From a virus, in IMG/VR virus record IMGVR_UViG_3300045988_073391, positions 1 through 54,717 of that record: a stretch of 54,717 nucleotides of DNA, one strand, 5' to 3'. A program made the position numbers and the translations under genes. Position 1 is the first letter of the stretch. Every line of letters starts with the position of its first letter. Below, piece by piece: positions 28,315 to 35,986 of this stretch. The notes beneath the pieces were generated by a model. That model worked only from the letters and a program-made list of their open reading frames with translations, was not told the origin of the DNA and made no database searches.

Positions 28315-28322
28315 TATTTTTG
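28315..28322 (+). promoter_or_regulatory. TAnnTTTG box
   Basis: TATTTTTG, 17 nt before ATG 28339. Confidence 0.45.
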
Positions 28323-28338
28323 CAGAAAATAATAGGCT

Positions 28339-29529
28339 ATGAGCGATTTATACAAAGAGTATATGAAGGGGGTGTTTGTGCCACCTGTTGAAGCAACAGA
28401 TGACATATCCTGCCTGTCAATAGAGGAGTTGTTCCTTCGTAAGCAAGAAAGGGTTGGGCTAAGCAAAACCAAAATAGCGAAGATGCTTGACATGGACGTT
28501 GCGACCCTTGATAAAATAATAAAGGGCAATTATACTGGTGCAAGCGTTCTGAATACATTGAAGGTTGCTATATTTATCGGCGTTTCGATGAACGATTTCC
28601 TTAACGCAAATGCTGATACGCTTCAGTCAAAAGATGTTAGTGAAATTTGCCATGTACGTGATACGGCAGTCCTTTGCGAATATTTCAGCATAGACACACT
28701 TAATAAGATAGGGTTCTTTACTGATAATAATTATGTGCAAAGGATAAACGATTTCTTTGGCTTCAAGCAAATCAAGGAATATGCAGATATCGTTTCAGTT
28801 CTGACGAAAGCATACAGTATGACAAGAAGGAGTTACGACCAAAAGATGCGTGACTTCTGGACGATTTCTGCTTACGCTCAATTTAAGAATATTGACAACC
28901 CTAATATGTACGACAGGGATAGGCTTATGGATATAATGCCGAAGATTCGTCCTTGTTCGCAAGACGTAGAAACAGGGCTGTATCACGTGGCTCGTGCCCT
29001 TTATTCTGTTGGTGTGACGATGATTTACCAACCATCATTACCCAAAATGCAAGTACGTGGCGCAACAATGGAGTATAATGGAAAGCCATGTATTGTTATA
29101 TCAGACTTGAACAAACGCTATCCGACCTTATGGTTTTCTCTATTCCATGAGCTATACCATGTTTTGTTTGATTATGATGACATTGTGCTCAACAAAGTGC
29201 ATTTGAGTTCTGACGAAGGTGATTTATTTCTGACAGATGAAAATGCGGCAGATAAATTTGCTCGCGACTTTATTCTGTCGCCAACAAAATTGCAATTTAT
29301 AAAGCCTTATGTTCACGCACCTCTGATGATAAAAAAGTATGCTCAGAAATGGGGCGTCCATTCCTCGCTAATTTATGCGCTTATTGCTTATGATACAAAC
29401 AACTGGGCAGAATACAGTGCTCTAATACCGAGGTCGGAAAAAGCTACGGAAAGAGTAAATACAAATCCGTTCGAGGTTGAAACGATAAGAGAAGTGGCTG
29501 AAACGTATAAACAAAAATTGAATATATGA
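28339..29529 (+). CDS. XRE-HTH fused to an ImmA/IrrE (COG2856) zinc metallopeptidase domain
   Basis: N-terminal HTH VGLSKTKIAKMLDMDVATLDKIIKGN. HExxH motif in FSLFHELYHVLFDYDD. Confidence 0.8.
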   Translation: MSDLYKEYMKGVFVPPVEATDDISCLSIEELFLRKQERVGLSKTKIAKMLDMDVATLDKIIKGNYTGASVLNTLKVAIFIGVSMNDFLNANADTLQSKDVSEICHVRDTAVLCEYFSIDTLNKIGFFTDNNYVQRINDFFGFKQIKEYADIVSVLTKAYSMTRRSYDQKMRDFWTISAYAQFKNIDNPNMYDRDRLMDIMPKIRPCSQDVETGLYHVARALYSVGVTMIYQPSLPKMQVRGATMEYNGKPCIVISDLNKRYPTLWFSLFHELYHVLFDYDDIVLNKVHLSSDEGDLFLTDENAADKFARDFILSPTKLQFIKPYVHAPLMIKKYAQKWGVHSSLIYALIAYDTNNWAEYSALIPRSEKATERVNTNPFEVETIREVAETYKQKLNI

Positions 29530-30011
29530 CAAATAAGACCAAAGTTCTATCAGAAGAAAAAAAATCAAGAGAAGTTGAGGAGCTGTTGTTTAATGCCGAC
29601 AAGGCAAAGACTGACGGTTTGTTCATTGATAAGGATAACGATAATGTTGTCCTTAAAGATGAATTACAGAAACTGATTGAGTTGCCGACTGACAATCCAA
29701 ATGAGAAATATGAATTATATTATAAAGTCATAGAGAAAACACTCCGCGAGAAGTTGCCAAAAGGTGATGAATACAAGGAAGGAAATACTATGTTACGCGA
29801 AGAGAAAAATACATTTCTTACAGGACACAGGAAAGGGCGTGACGGCATACGTGGTGCTGACAGTAGGCAAGCATTTTTACCTGCAATGCAGGAATTTATC
29901 CAAATTTTGCATGATTGGCTTAAACGCGATGGTAGTACGTTTGACCTTTACCAAACATTACTCGAAGAGAATATCAAGAGAGGATATAAAGGACCAGAAG
30001 ATGTAAAATGA
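29526..30011 (+). CDS. Hypothetical hydrophilic protein translationally coupled to the HTH-ImmA gene
   Basis: ATGA overlap at 29526-29529. 161 aa, with no motif recognised. Confidence 0.55.
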   Translation: MTNKTKVLSEEKKSREVEELLFNADKAKTDGLFIDKDNDNVVLKDELQKLIELPTDNPNEKYELYYKVIEKTLREKLPKGDEYKEGNTMLREEKNTFLTGHRKGRDGIRGADSRQAFLPAMQEFIQILHDWLKRDGSTFDLYQTLLEENIKRGYKGPEDVK

Positions 30012-30023
30012 TTATGAATGAAC

Positions 30024-30050
30024 AAAGGCCACCTGGATTGGGTGGCCTTT
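30024..30050. terminator. Bidirectional terminator between convergent genes
   Basis: AAAGGCCACC, loop tggatt, GGGTGGCCTTT. Confidence 0.75.
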
Positions 30051-30068
30051 TTCTTGTAATTGGTTTTG

Positions 30069-31163
30069 TTACCTAATAGGTAAAGCTTTTGTTCCCTTAA
30101 GATTGTAGCAACCAGTGTCATGCTTATATCTCCATATTACCACATCTTCTGACAGGGACTTTTCTTTCGCCATCTTTTTAAGATGCGGAACGATGGAAGC
30201 AAAACCTTGTGGCATTTCGCTCCTGCTGATTTCTTTCCATATATGAGGTGGTATCAAAGCATCAGCAGCGAATTTATTAGCTTCGCTCTCTAAGTCCGTA
30301 TTCTTATTGCAATCAGAAGAGATAAACCCTGAATGCTCTCCTTTCCTTAAATGTAAAGATATGTGCCCAAGTTCGTGCAATACATTAAAGACAAGGCGGC
30401 TCATATCATTGTATCTGTTCGTTGTCACGATAGATGGGTATTCGTTCTTCCAGAAAGAGAAAGCATCAACAGGAACACGTTCTATTTTTCTGACAACAGA
30501 ATATGAGATGCCCAAGTCGCTAAGGATAGACTTCATCTTTGTTTGGGTTAATGTGCCTTTATTCATCTCAGATGAGATATAACCAGCTGCTTTATCTGCA
30601 TTTCCTTCTTCATAAGGTTTTTGAGGGGCATTATTGTTAGCTGATACGTATGAGAGTAACAACCACGTGTTTAAGTTCTTTTCGTCTGTCGTTAGCTTTT
30701 CGCTTTTCTTAAAAGCACCATTAGGAATAAGAGCAGGAATCTGTATTGGTTCTACGTGAAAGGCACTCCTAAGCATATCTAATTTGTCTTGCACAAAAAT
30801 AGACGCACGAATGCTTAGTTGCGAATACAGATAAGGAAGATTTAATACGTTATGCAGGCTTGTTTCAACTGTTATTGCAGACCGTTCTTCTTCCTCTCTT
30901 TGTGCTATTGCAGCGCAATCTTTGTCATATTGCAGTTGCAGGCTTATCCAATAATCTGCTGGAATACCAAGAGCTTGTTCAAGTTTTCTTGCTATGTCAA
31001 CAGATATGGACGTGCCACCTCTAAGCAATCTGCTAAGATTAGCCTGCTGAATGTTCATGCGTGTGGCGAGTTCCTTTTTACTCATTCCACGCGCTTTTAA
31101 CTCATCCTTTACTAATTCAACTGGATGTGTTGCTTCAAACGGAGTAATGTTATTTGTCGCCAT
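30069..31163 (-). CDS. HigA-type HTH antitoxin domain fused to an ImmA/IrrE metallopeptidase domain
   Basis: N-terminus FEATHPVELVKDELKARGMSKKELATRMNIQQANLSRLLRG...ADYWISLQLQYD. HExxH motif in NVLHELGHISLH. Confidence 0.8.
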   Translation of the reverse strand: MATNNITPFEATHPVELVKDELKARGMSKKELATRMNIQQANLSRLLRGGTSISVDIARKLEQALGIPADYWISLQLQYDKDCAAIAQREEEERSAITVETSLHNVLNLPYLYSQLSIRASIFVQDKLDMLRSAFHVEPIQIPALIPNGAFKKSEKLTTDEKNLNTWLLLSYVSANNNAPQKPYEEGNADKAAGYISSEMNKGTLTQTKMKSILSDLGISYSVVRKIERVPVDAFSFWKNEYPSIVTTNRYNDMSRLVFNVLHELGHISLHLRKGEHSGFISSDCNKNTDLESEANKFAADALIPPHIWKEISRSEMPQGFASIVPHLKKMAKEKSLSEDVVIWRYKHDTGCYNLKGTKALPIR

Positions 31164-31470
31164 AATGTTCGCTTATTTCGATTAGTTCTATTGTTATACC
31201 TAACTCGTTTTCTGTAAAGATTAGTCTGTATTTGCTATTGTAACCAATTCTTACACTACTAAAACCAGATTTGTCGTATTTCATTTTCTCGTAACGTAGT
31301 GTTTGAATACTTTTCAAGGTTTCAGTGTCTTTAGCCGCTCTTAAAGCATTAAAGACCTTCTGCAAATCTTTCTTTAATTTTCCAGCACTCTTATACTTTT
31401 TATATTTCCCATGAAAGTTGGAATATAGTACAGCATCTTCTATTTCCTCATCGGTAAATAATATCTCCAT
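31150..31470 (-). CDS. higB: HigB/RelE-family toxin
   Basis: Internal ATG at 31470. FSSVRIGYNSKYRLIFTENELGITIELIEISEHYGDK is the typical C-terminal signature. Overlaps the antitoxin gene by 14 nt. Confidence 0.7.
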   Translation of the reverse strand: MEILFTDEEIEDAVLYSNFHGKYKKYKSAGKLKKDLQKVFNALRAAKDTETLKSIQTLRYEKMKYDKSGFSSVRIGYNSKYRLIFTENELGITIELIEISEHYGDK

Positions 31471-31488
31471 GTTGTATGTTTTATGGTG

Positions 31489-31496
31489 CAAAGATA
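31489..31496 (-). promoter_or_regulatory. TAnnTTTG box of the higB operon
   Basis: The reverse strand reads TATCTTTG, 18 nt before the ATG at 31470. Confidence 0.55.
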
Positions 31497-31561
31497 CAAA
31501 GAATTTATCAAATATGATAATAATTGCCGAAATAAAGCAGCGAAAGAATGTATTAAAAGCA

Positions 31562-31613
31562 ACAAGCAACTAACAAACAACTAACAAAACCCACAAGCAA
31601 CTCACAAGCAACT
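31562..31613 (+). repeat. Three direct copies of ACAAGCAACT in a divergent intergenic region
   Basis: Copies at 31562-31571, 31593-31602 and 31604-31613, with related aacaactaaca words between them. Confidence 0.85.
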
Positions 31614-31632
31614 TGTCACCACCTTTGCGCTA

Positions 31633-31650
31633 TCGGGGGATATTCCCCGA
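31633..31650 (+). promoter_or_regulatory. Leader hairpin or palindrome
   Basis: TCGGGG, loop gatatt, CCCCGA, directly after a CACCTTTG box-like word. Confidence 0.35.
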
Positions 31651-31672
31651 CCGACTTAATACATTCATAATC

Positions 31673-32509
31673 ATGGACAATGTAGAGAAAGTAATCTGTT
31701 GCGACAGAGGTAATGATGCGCTTGCTTACGCGGCAATGGCTAACAACAAGGGCAATGACCCCATGGCCTTGGCAGCTATGATGAACGGTGGCCTTGGAGG
31801 TGCAAACCAGTGGCTGAACAATCCGTTTCTGTATCTTATTTTCCTTGCCATGTTCGGTGGCAATGGCTTCGGGTTTGGCAACAACCGCAATGGTCTGCAA
31901 GATGCTGAGATACAGGGTCAAATCCAATCTTTGCGCTCGCAGATGGCTGACAACCACAACTCCGACCTGCTGATGCAGGCCATCAAGGGCAATAACGATG
32001 CCTTGACCACACTGGGTGCAAACCTTAATTGCGACTTCAACCAGTTGCAGCAAGGCGTGTGCGCTGTTCGCTCCGCTATTGACAACGTAAGCGGCAAGGT
32101 AGGCTTCTCGGCAGAGCGCGTAATCAACGCAGCGGAGAGAGGTGATGCGGCAGTTATCCAGGCAATTCAGAATTGTTGCTGCAACACGCAGAATAGCATC
32201 ACCAAGATGGGCTATGAGAACCAGCTCGCAATACAAGGACAGACCAACTCCTTGCAGCAGAGCCTCAATTTTGTAAACTCGTCTGTGGAGCGCGGATTCA
32301 GCTCTGTTGGCTATCAGATGTCGCAAGACAAGTGCGATGTAATTCGTGCAGGACAGGACAACACGCAGCGCATAATTGATGCGCTGAACAATCATTGGTA
32401 TGCTGACATTGACCGCAAGTATCAAGACGCGAGATTGGAGTTGTCGCAGCAGAGCCAGACTGCCGCACTGATTGCAGCTTTGGGCAAGACTACAACTGCA
32501 ACGACATGA
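31673..32509 (+). CDS. Orphan Gln/Asn-rich protein with one TM-like segment and a CCC cluster
   Basis: ATG at 31673 (MDNVEKVICC). Hydrophobic segment NPFLYLIFLAMFGGNGFGFG, long Q/N-rich helical region, QNCCCNTQ. The 337-aa antisense ORF looks like a shadow. Confidence 0.6.
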   Translation: MDNVEKVICCDRGNDALAYAAMANNKGNDPMALAAMMNGGLGGANQWLNNPFLYLIFLAMFGGNGFGFGNNRNGLQDAEIQGQIQSLRSQMADNHNSDLLMQAIKGNNDALTTLGANLNCDFNQLQQGVCAVRSAIDNVSGKVGFSAERVINAAERGDAAVIQAIQNCCCNTQNSITKMGYENQLAIQGQTNSLQQSLNFVNSSVERGFSSVGYQMSQDKCDVIRAGQDNTQRIIDALNNHWYADIDRKYQDARLELSQQSQTAALIAALGKTTTATT

Positions 32510-32628
32510 GGAGGTGTTTCCAAAACGGAAATAACCACTGATGACCATTCTATTGACGCCAACGAAAAGGTTGACAACAATAGCTTTTTCGCGAGGTCGC
32601 GGAAAAGGTCGAAAGAGAAGTAATAACA

Positions 32629-32659
32629 AGCACGTGGGGAGGTGATTGCCCCACGTGCT
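32629..32659 (+). terminator. Perfect 11-bp hairpin (no T-run)
   Basis: AGCACGTGGGG (32629-32639) pairs with CCCCACGTGCT (32649-32659). Confidence 0.45.
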
Positions 32660-32676
32660 ACTAACACGTTGAAATT

Positions 32677-33159
32677 ATGCTATTCAAAGATGTGAAAATA
32701 GGCTACCCGATTTACTTTCTTGACAAGGAGGGGTCAAGATATTACCAAGGCAAAGCCGTGAGTGTTGCAGTTCCGCGCTACGACAATAGCCAAGCTAAGG
32801 CTTTTGGCGCGCAGCCGACTGGTCTTGTGGTAGACATAACCATAGAGGCAGATGGTGCGACCAAGACCTACACAATTCCAGAGACTGCAACAATAACGTA
32901 CGCAGGGCATCTTGTATTGTCAACAGACAAGGAAGGAATACTAAGAGAGGTCGAAGCACTTAAGGCTGCAAGCGAGGAGGCATTGTCACAGGTTGAGCGA
33001 CACAAGCAGATGGTTACAAATTGTAGTCAACTGATGGAGGAGATAAATCCAGCATTTGCAGAAAAGCGCGCGCAAGACAAGCGGATTGAGGGCATTGAGA
33101 ACGAGGTGAAGAGCCTTGGGGCTGTCCTTCGTGATTTTATAAACGAGTTCAAAAAATGA
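32677..33159 (+). CDS. Hypothetical protein with C-terminal coiled coil
   Basis: 160-aa ORF of ordinary composition. Confidence 0.55.
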   Translation: MLFKDVKIGYPIYFLDKEGSRYYQGKAVSVAVPRYDNSQAKAFGAQPTGLVVDITIEADGATKTYTIPETATITYAGHLVLSTDKEGILREVEALKAASEEALSQVERHKQMVTNCSQLMEEINPAFAEKRAQDKRIEGIENEVKSLGAVLRDFINEFKK

Positions 33160-33336
33160 TGATTATGGGAAGATTATATATGGTATTTTGCAAGGGTGGT
33201 GGCAAGTGCAAGCACTTCGACAAGGAAAGTGCAGAGAAAGCTGTCAGCCGCATATACTACACTACTAAAGACGGCGCGGAGCATCATGGGCCGCACTGGT
33301 CCACATAGTATGCTGATTTTCAGCGACTTATGATTT

Positions 33337-33356
33337 ATGCGTGCTAAAATGCGTGC
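33337..33356. repeat. Two ATGCGTGC words 12 bp apart, downstream of int (candidate arm-type sites)
   Basis: Copies at 33337-33344 and 33349-33356. Confidence 0.3.
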
Positions 33357-33373
33357 GAAATAAGCGGTTATGG

Positions 33374-34588
33374 TTACTTGTTGAACAAGTCCATAGCCGT
33401 TTTTTTTGCTTTGTCTGCTATATCGATGTAGGGCTTCATGCTCTTGTAATCGGAGTGTCCAGTCCACTTCATCACAACGTTTGGGGCAATTCCAAGCATC
33501 AGCGCATTACAGATAAATGTACGCCTTCCGCTGTGCGTTCCGACCATCTGCCATTTTTCTTTCGTTCCCTCTATTTTTTTTCCACCTATATAATATATAT
33601 CCGTTAGCTTCTCGTTGATACCGCATTGGCGGCACGCCTCCTTGATATATACGTTCATTTTCTGATTTGAGATGACTGGTAGAGCCTTGTCTGTATCGTT
33701 GTCCGCATAACGCTGTAAGATTGTGCGAGAGTAGTTGTTAAGCTCTATTGTAATCTTGTCATTAGTCTTTTGCGTGGTTATGTGTATCGCGTCATCGTAT
33801 ATGTCTGTTTTTTTGAGCGCAGCGGCATCGGAATAGCGCAATGACGTGAAGCAGCAGAAACAGAATATATCGCGTGTGCGTGACAGGTAGGGCTGGTCGA
33901 ACTTGTGGTTATACACTTTCATCAGTTCCTCCCATGTAAGAAATACCACATTGCGGTTGGCACGCTTTAGGTGTGTTCTCTGTGCAGTAAAGGAGATGTC
34001 AGTTAATAAGCCCTTGGCCACAAGCCAGCGAAAAAACCACTTGGACATTGACAGTTTCTTTTTTGTCGTTTCATTCTGGTGGCCGAGGTCCGACTGGAAA
34101 GCTGCAAACTTGTCAAGAGTTTCTGGCTTTATTTTGTCTATACTCATCTCTGCATCGAACATTTTCCATTCTTGCAGTAGCTTCCTGTGCTTATAGACTA
34201 CACTCTTGCCCCAATGACATAATTTGCTCTGCTCGTTAATATATTCTTCGTAGAGGTCAAAGAAACCCTCCTTTTGTGCAGTTTTATTTTCACGCTTAAA
34301 CTCCTTGTCAAGCTCCGCCTTGAAGTCCTCTATTGCAGGCGACTCCTTGAATGAGTTGGCAACGGATTGTATTGTCTCCTCATACCTCTGTATCTCTGCA
34401 TTTATCTTAATTGCAGGAGTAAAGCTCTTTCCGTGAGTTGTGTTGCGCTTGCACCGCTGCATAGTCATGTCCCATTTGCTCTTGTCCACGCTAAACCCGA
34501 GCGAATAAGAGAATTTACGCTTGTTGTAAGTAATGAACACGCGGAGAGAGCCGCGCGCATCAACTGCAAAGGTGTATACGTATTTCAT
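33374..34588 (-). CDS. int: Tyrosine site-specific integrase (Bacteroidota phage/CTn type)
   Basis: 404 aa. C-terminal catalytic region THSGRRTFICNALMLGIAPNVVMKWTGHSDYKSMKPYIDI (R...HxxR...Y). Confidence 0.9.
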   Translation of the reverse strand: MKYVYTFAVDARGSLRVFITYNKRKFSYSLGFSVDKSKWDMTMQRCKRNTTHGKSFTPAIKINAEIQRYEETIQSVANSFKESPAIEDFKAELDKEFKRENKTAQKEGFFDLYEEYINEQSKLCHWGKSVVYKHRKLLQEWKMFDAEMSIDKIKPETLDKFAAFQSDLGHQNETTKKKLSMSKWFFRWLVAKGLLTDISFTAQRTHLKRANRNVVFLTWEELMKVYNHKFDQPYLSRTRDIFCFCCFTSLRYSDAAALKKTDIYDDAIHITTQKTNDKITIELNNYSRTILQRYADNDTDKALPVISNQKMNVYIKEACRQCGINEKLTDIYYIGGKKIEGTKEKWQMVGTHSGRRTFICNALMLGIAPNVVMKWTGHSDYKSMKPYIDIADKAKKTAMDLFNK

Positions 34589-34589
34589 T
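34556..34589. repeat. 34-bp direct repeat, copy 1 (covers the int start codon)
   Basis: cgcatcaactgcaaaggtgtatacgtatttcatt is identical to 35499-35532. Confidence 0.95.
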
Positions 34590-35460
34590 TGTTCTCCTCT
34601 TTGTCATTTTTCAATATTGCATTCTGTTCAAGCATTCTGAAATCTTCCTCCGTGTTAGTATCCTTCAATACTTTAAGCTGCTCTTTTGCCATCTTGTGTA
34701 AGATTTGCATTCTCGTTTCTCGTTGCAGTTCCTGCTTTAATAATTCGGAGTTCATACTTTCAATATTTGATAACACAACCAGCTGATTTATTGTGGCTGT
34801 ATCACGTAGATTAAGCCCTTTCTTTGCCAATTCCGGATTTGCGGTGCGCCAATCTTCTGCTGTACACCCAAACAATATAATATTGAGCATATCGGCCTCG
34901 GACGCATATATCAAACGTTCTTTGTATTTTGAGATGTTGTACTTCGGTATAAGCGACTTGATTGCATTTGTATGAATAGAATAGTTCGTTTTTGCAAGCA
35001 ATCGTTTAACGTTCCATTTTTCAAGCAACGGATTGCTTTCTTTCTCTCGAAGTCTCTGGTATTCTTGTACAATATATAATTGGAAAATAGGACTTATCCA
35101 CATTCCAAAATTAAACGCAATGTCCTTATGTGCGTATGTACCTCCGTATCTTCCAGCTTTAGCAAAAATGCCAATAGCGTTAGTCCTATTGCACAATTCT
35201 TTTACACTTATTTTGAAATTGTTTAATCCAGCCTTTGATTTAATTATGGCGAATTCGCCATAATTAAAATTGGGGTTGTGTAGTTGCTCCCATGCTCCTA
35301 TATATTCAAGTGTGTTTCTATTGCGAAGCCAATCAGTAACAAAGAAATCTCCTTCTTTTGACCTTATCATATCTGTAATACAAATGTAGTCATTATCACG
35401 TTCCTGTAACATCACAGAGATTTCATTCCCTTGTACTACTATTTTTCTTGTTTTAGTCAT
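34585..35460 (-). CDS. KilA-N domain protein
   Basis: KIVVQGNEISVMLQERDNDYICITDMIRSKEGDFFVTDWLRNRNTLEYIGAWEQLHNPNF. The stop overlaps the int ATG (ATGA). Confidence 0.8.
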   Translation of the reverse strand: MTKTRKIVVQGNEISVMLQERDNDYICITDMIRSKEGDFFVTDWLRNRNTLEYIGAWEQLHNPNFNYGEFAIIKSKAGLNNFKISVKELCNRTNAIGIFAKAGRYGGTYAHKDIAFNFGMWISPIFQLYIVQEYQRLREKESNPLLEKWNVKRLLAKTNYSIHTNAIKSLIPKYNISKYKERLIYASEADMLNIILFGCTAEDWRTANPELAKKGLNLRDTATINQLVVLSNIESMNSELLKQELQRETRMQILHKMAKEQLKVLKDTNTEEDFRMLEQNAILKNDKEENK

Positions 35461-35483
35461 AATCGTTTTTTTGTTTATGTAAT

Positions 35484-35531
35484 TTACAATGTACCTCTCG
35501 CATCAACTGCAAAGGTGTATACGTATTTCAT
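35484..35531 (-). pseudogene. Relic integrase 5' end (15 codons then stop)
   Basis: Encodes MKYVYTFAVDARGTL*, versus MKYVYTFAVDARGSL for int. Codons 12-13 (Arg, Gly) differ only synonymously (aga ggt vs cgc ggc). Confidence 0.6.
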
Positions 35532-35532
35532 T
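35499..35532. repeat. 34-bp direct repeat, copy 2
   Basis: Identical to 34556-34589. Confidence 0.95.
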
Positions 35533-35545
35533 CTTTTCTTAACTT

Positions 35546-35573
35546 AAAAAGCCCCACGGAAATCCATGAGGCT
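35546..35573 (-). terminator. Strand-specific rho-independent terminator
   Basis: On the minus-strand RNA, AGCCUCAUGG, loop AUUU, CCGUGGGGCU (two G-U pairs), then UUUU. The plus strand would have A-C mismatches. Confidence 0.7.
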
Positions 35574-35579
35574 TATTTT

Positions 35580-35840
35580 TTACTTGTTTCTAATATCGTC
35601 TATCGCCATTCCTATCAGGCTGATTAGCAGGCTTTGAACGCACCCAACAAGAGCCGCAATATAGAATACATTATCCAGGCCTTCCTCGATAATGTTTACC
35701 ACGATAAAGAAAATTCCAACAGCATTTGCGAGAGCTACGAAAATGCAGACAATTTTTAGACCGCTCATCAAGTTGTTGTTTTCATTTAGAGTCCTTGGAG
35801 CGTTCCCCTTAGGGATTGGATTGTTGTTTATTGTTTCCAT
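35580..35840 (-). CDS. Small two-TM membrane protein
   Basis: TM segments LKIVCIFVALANAVGIFFIVVNII and FYIAALVGCVQSLLISLIGMAI. Expressed from the lysogeny side. Confidence 0.5.
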   Translation of the reverse strand: METINNNPIPKGNAPRTLNENNNLMSGLKIVCIFVALANAVGIFFIVVNIIEEGLDNVFYIAALVGCVQSLLISLIGMAIDDIRNK

Positions 35841-35986
35841 ATTGTTTTGTTATTTAACCGCCATGAGAATTTGCACCCGGTATATTCCGTGAATGTACTT
35901 AAAATCCACCTCAAACTTTTGATAGTCTGGACTGACTGAAACGCACACAACTTTTTTGGGCCATTCCGACGGCATGAGTTTTATTC

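Noticed and set aside
31616-32629. 337-aa minus-strand ORF, the longest ORF in the accessory island.
   Set aside because: It fully overlaps the plus-strand ORF 31673-32509. Its composition is Leu/Val/Cys/Arg-rich and looks like an antisense shadow. The plus-strand gene has its own leader, terminator hairpin and plausible protein features. Strand-specific RNA-seq would settle it.
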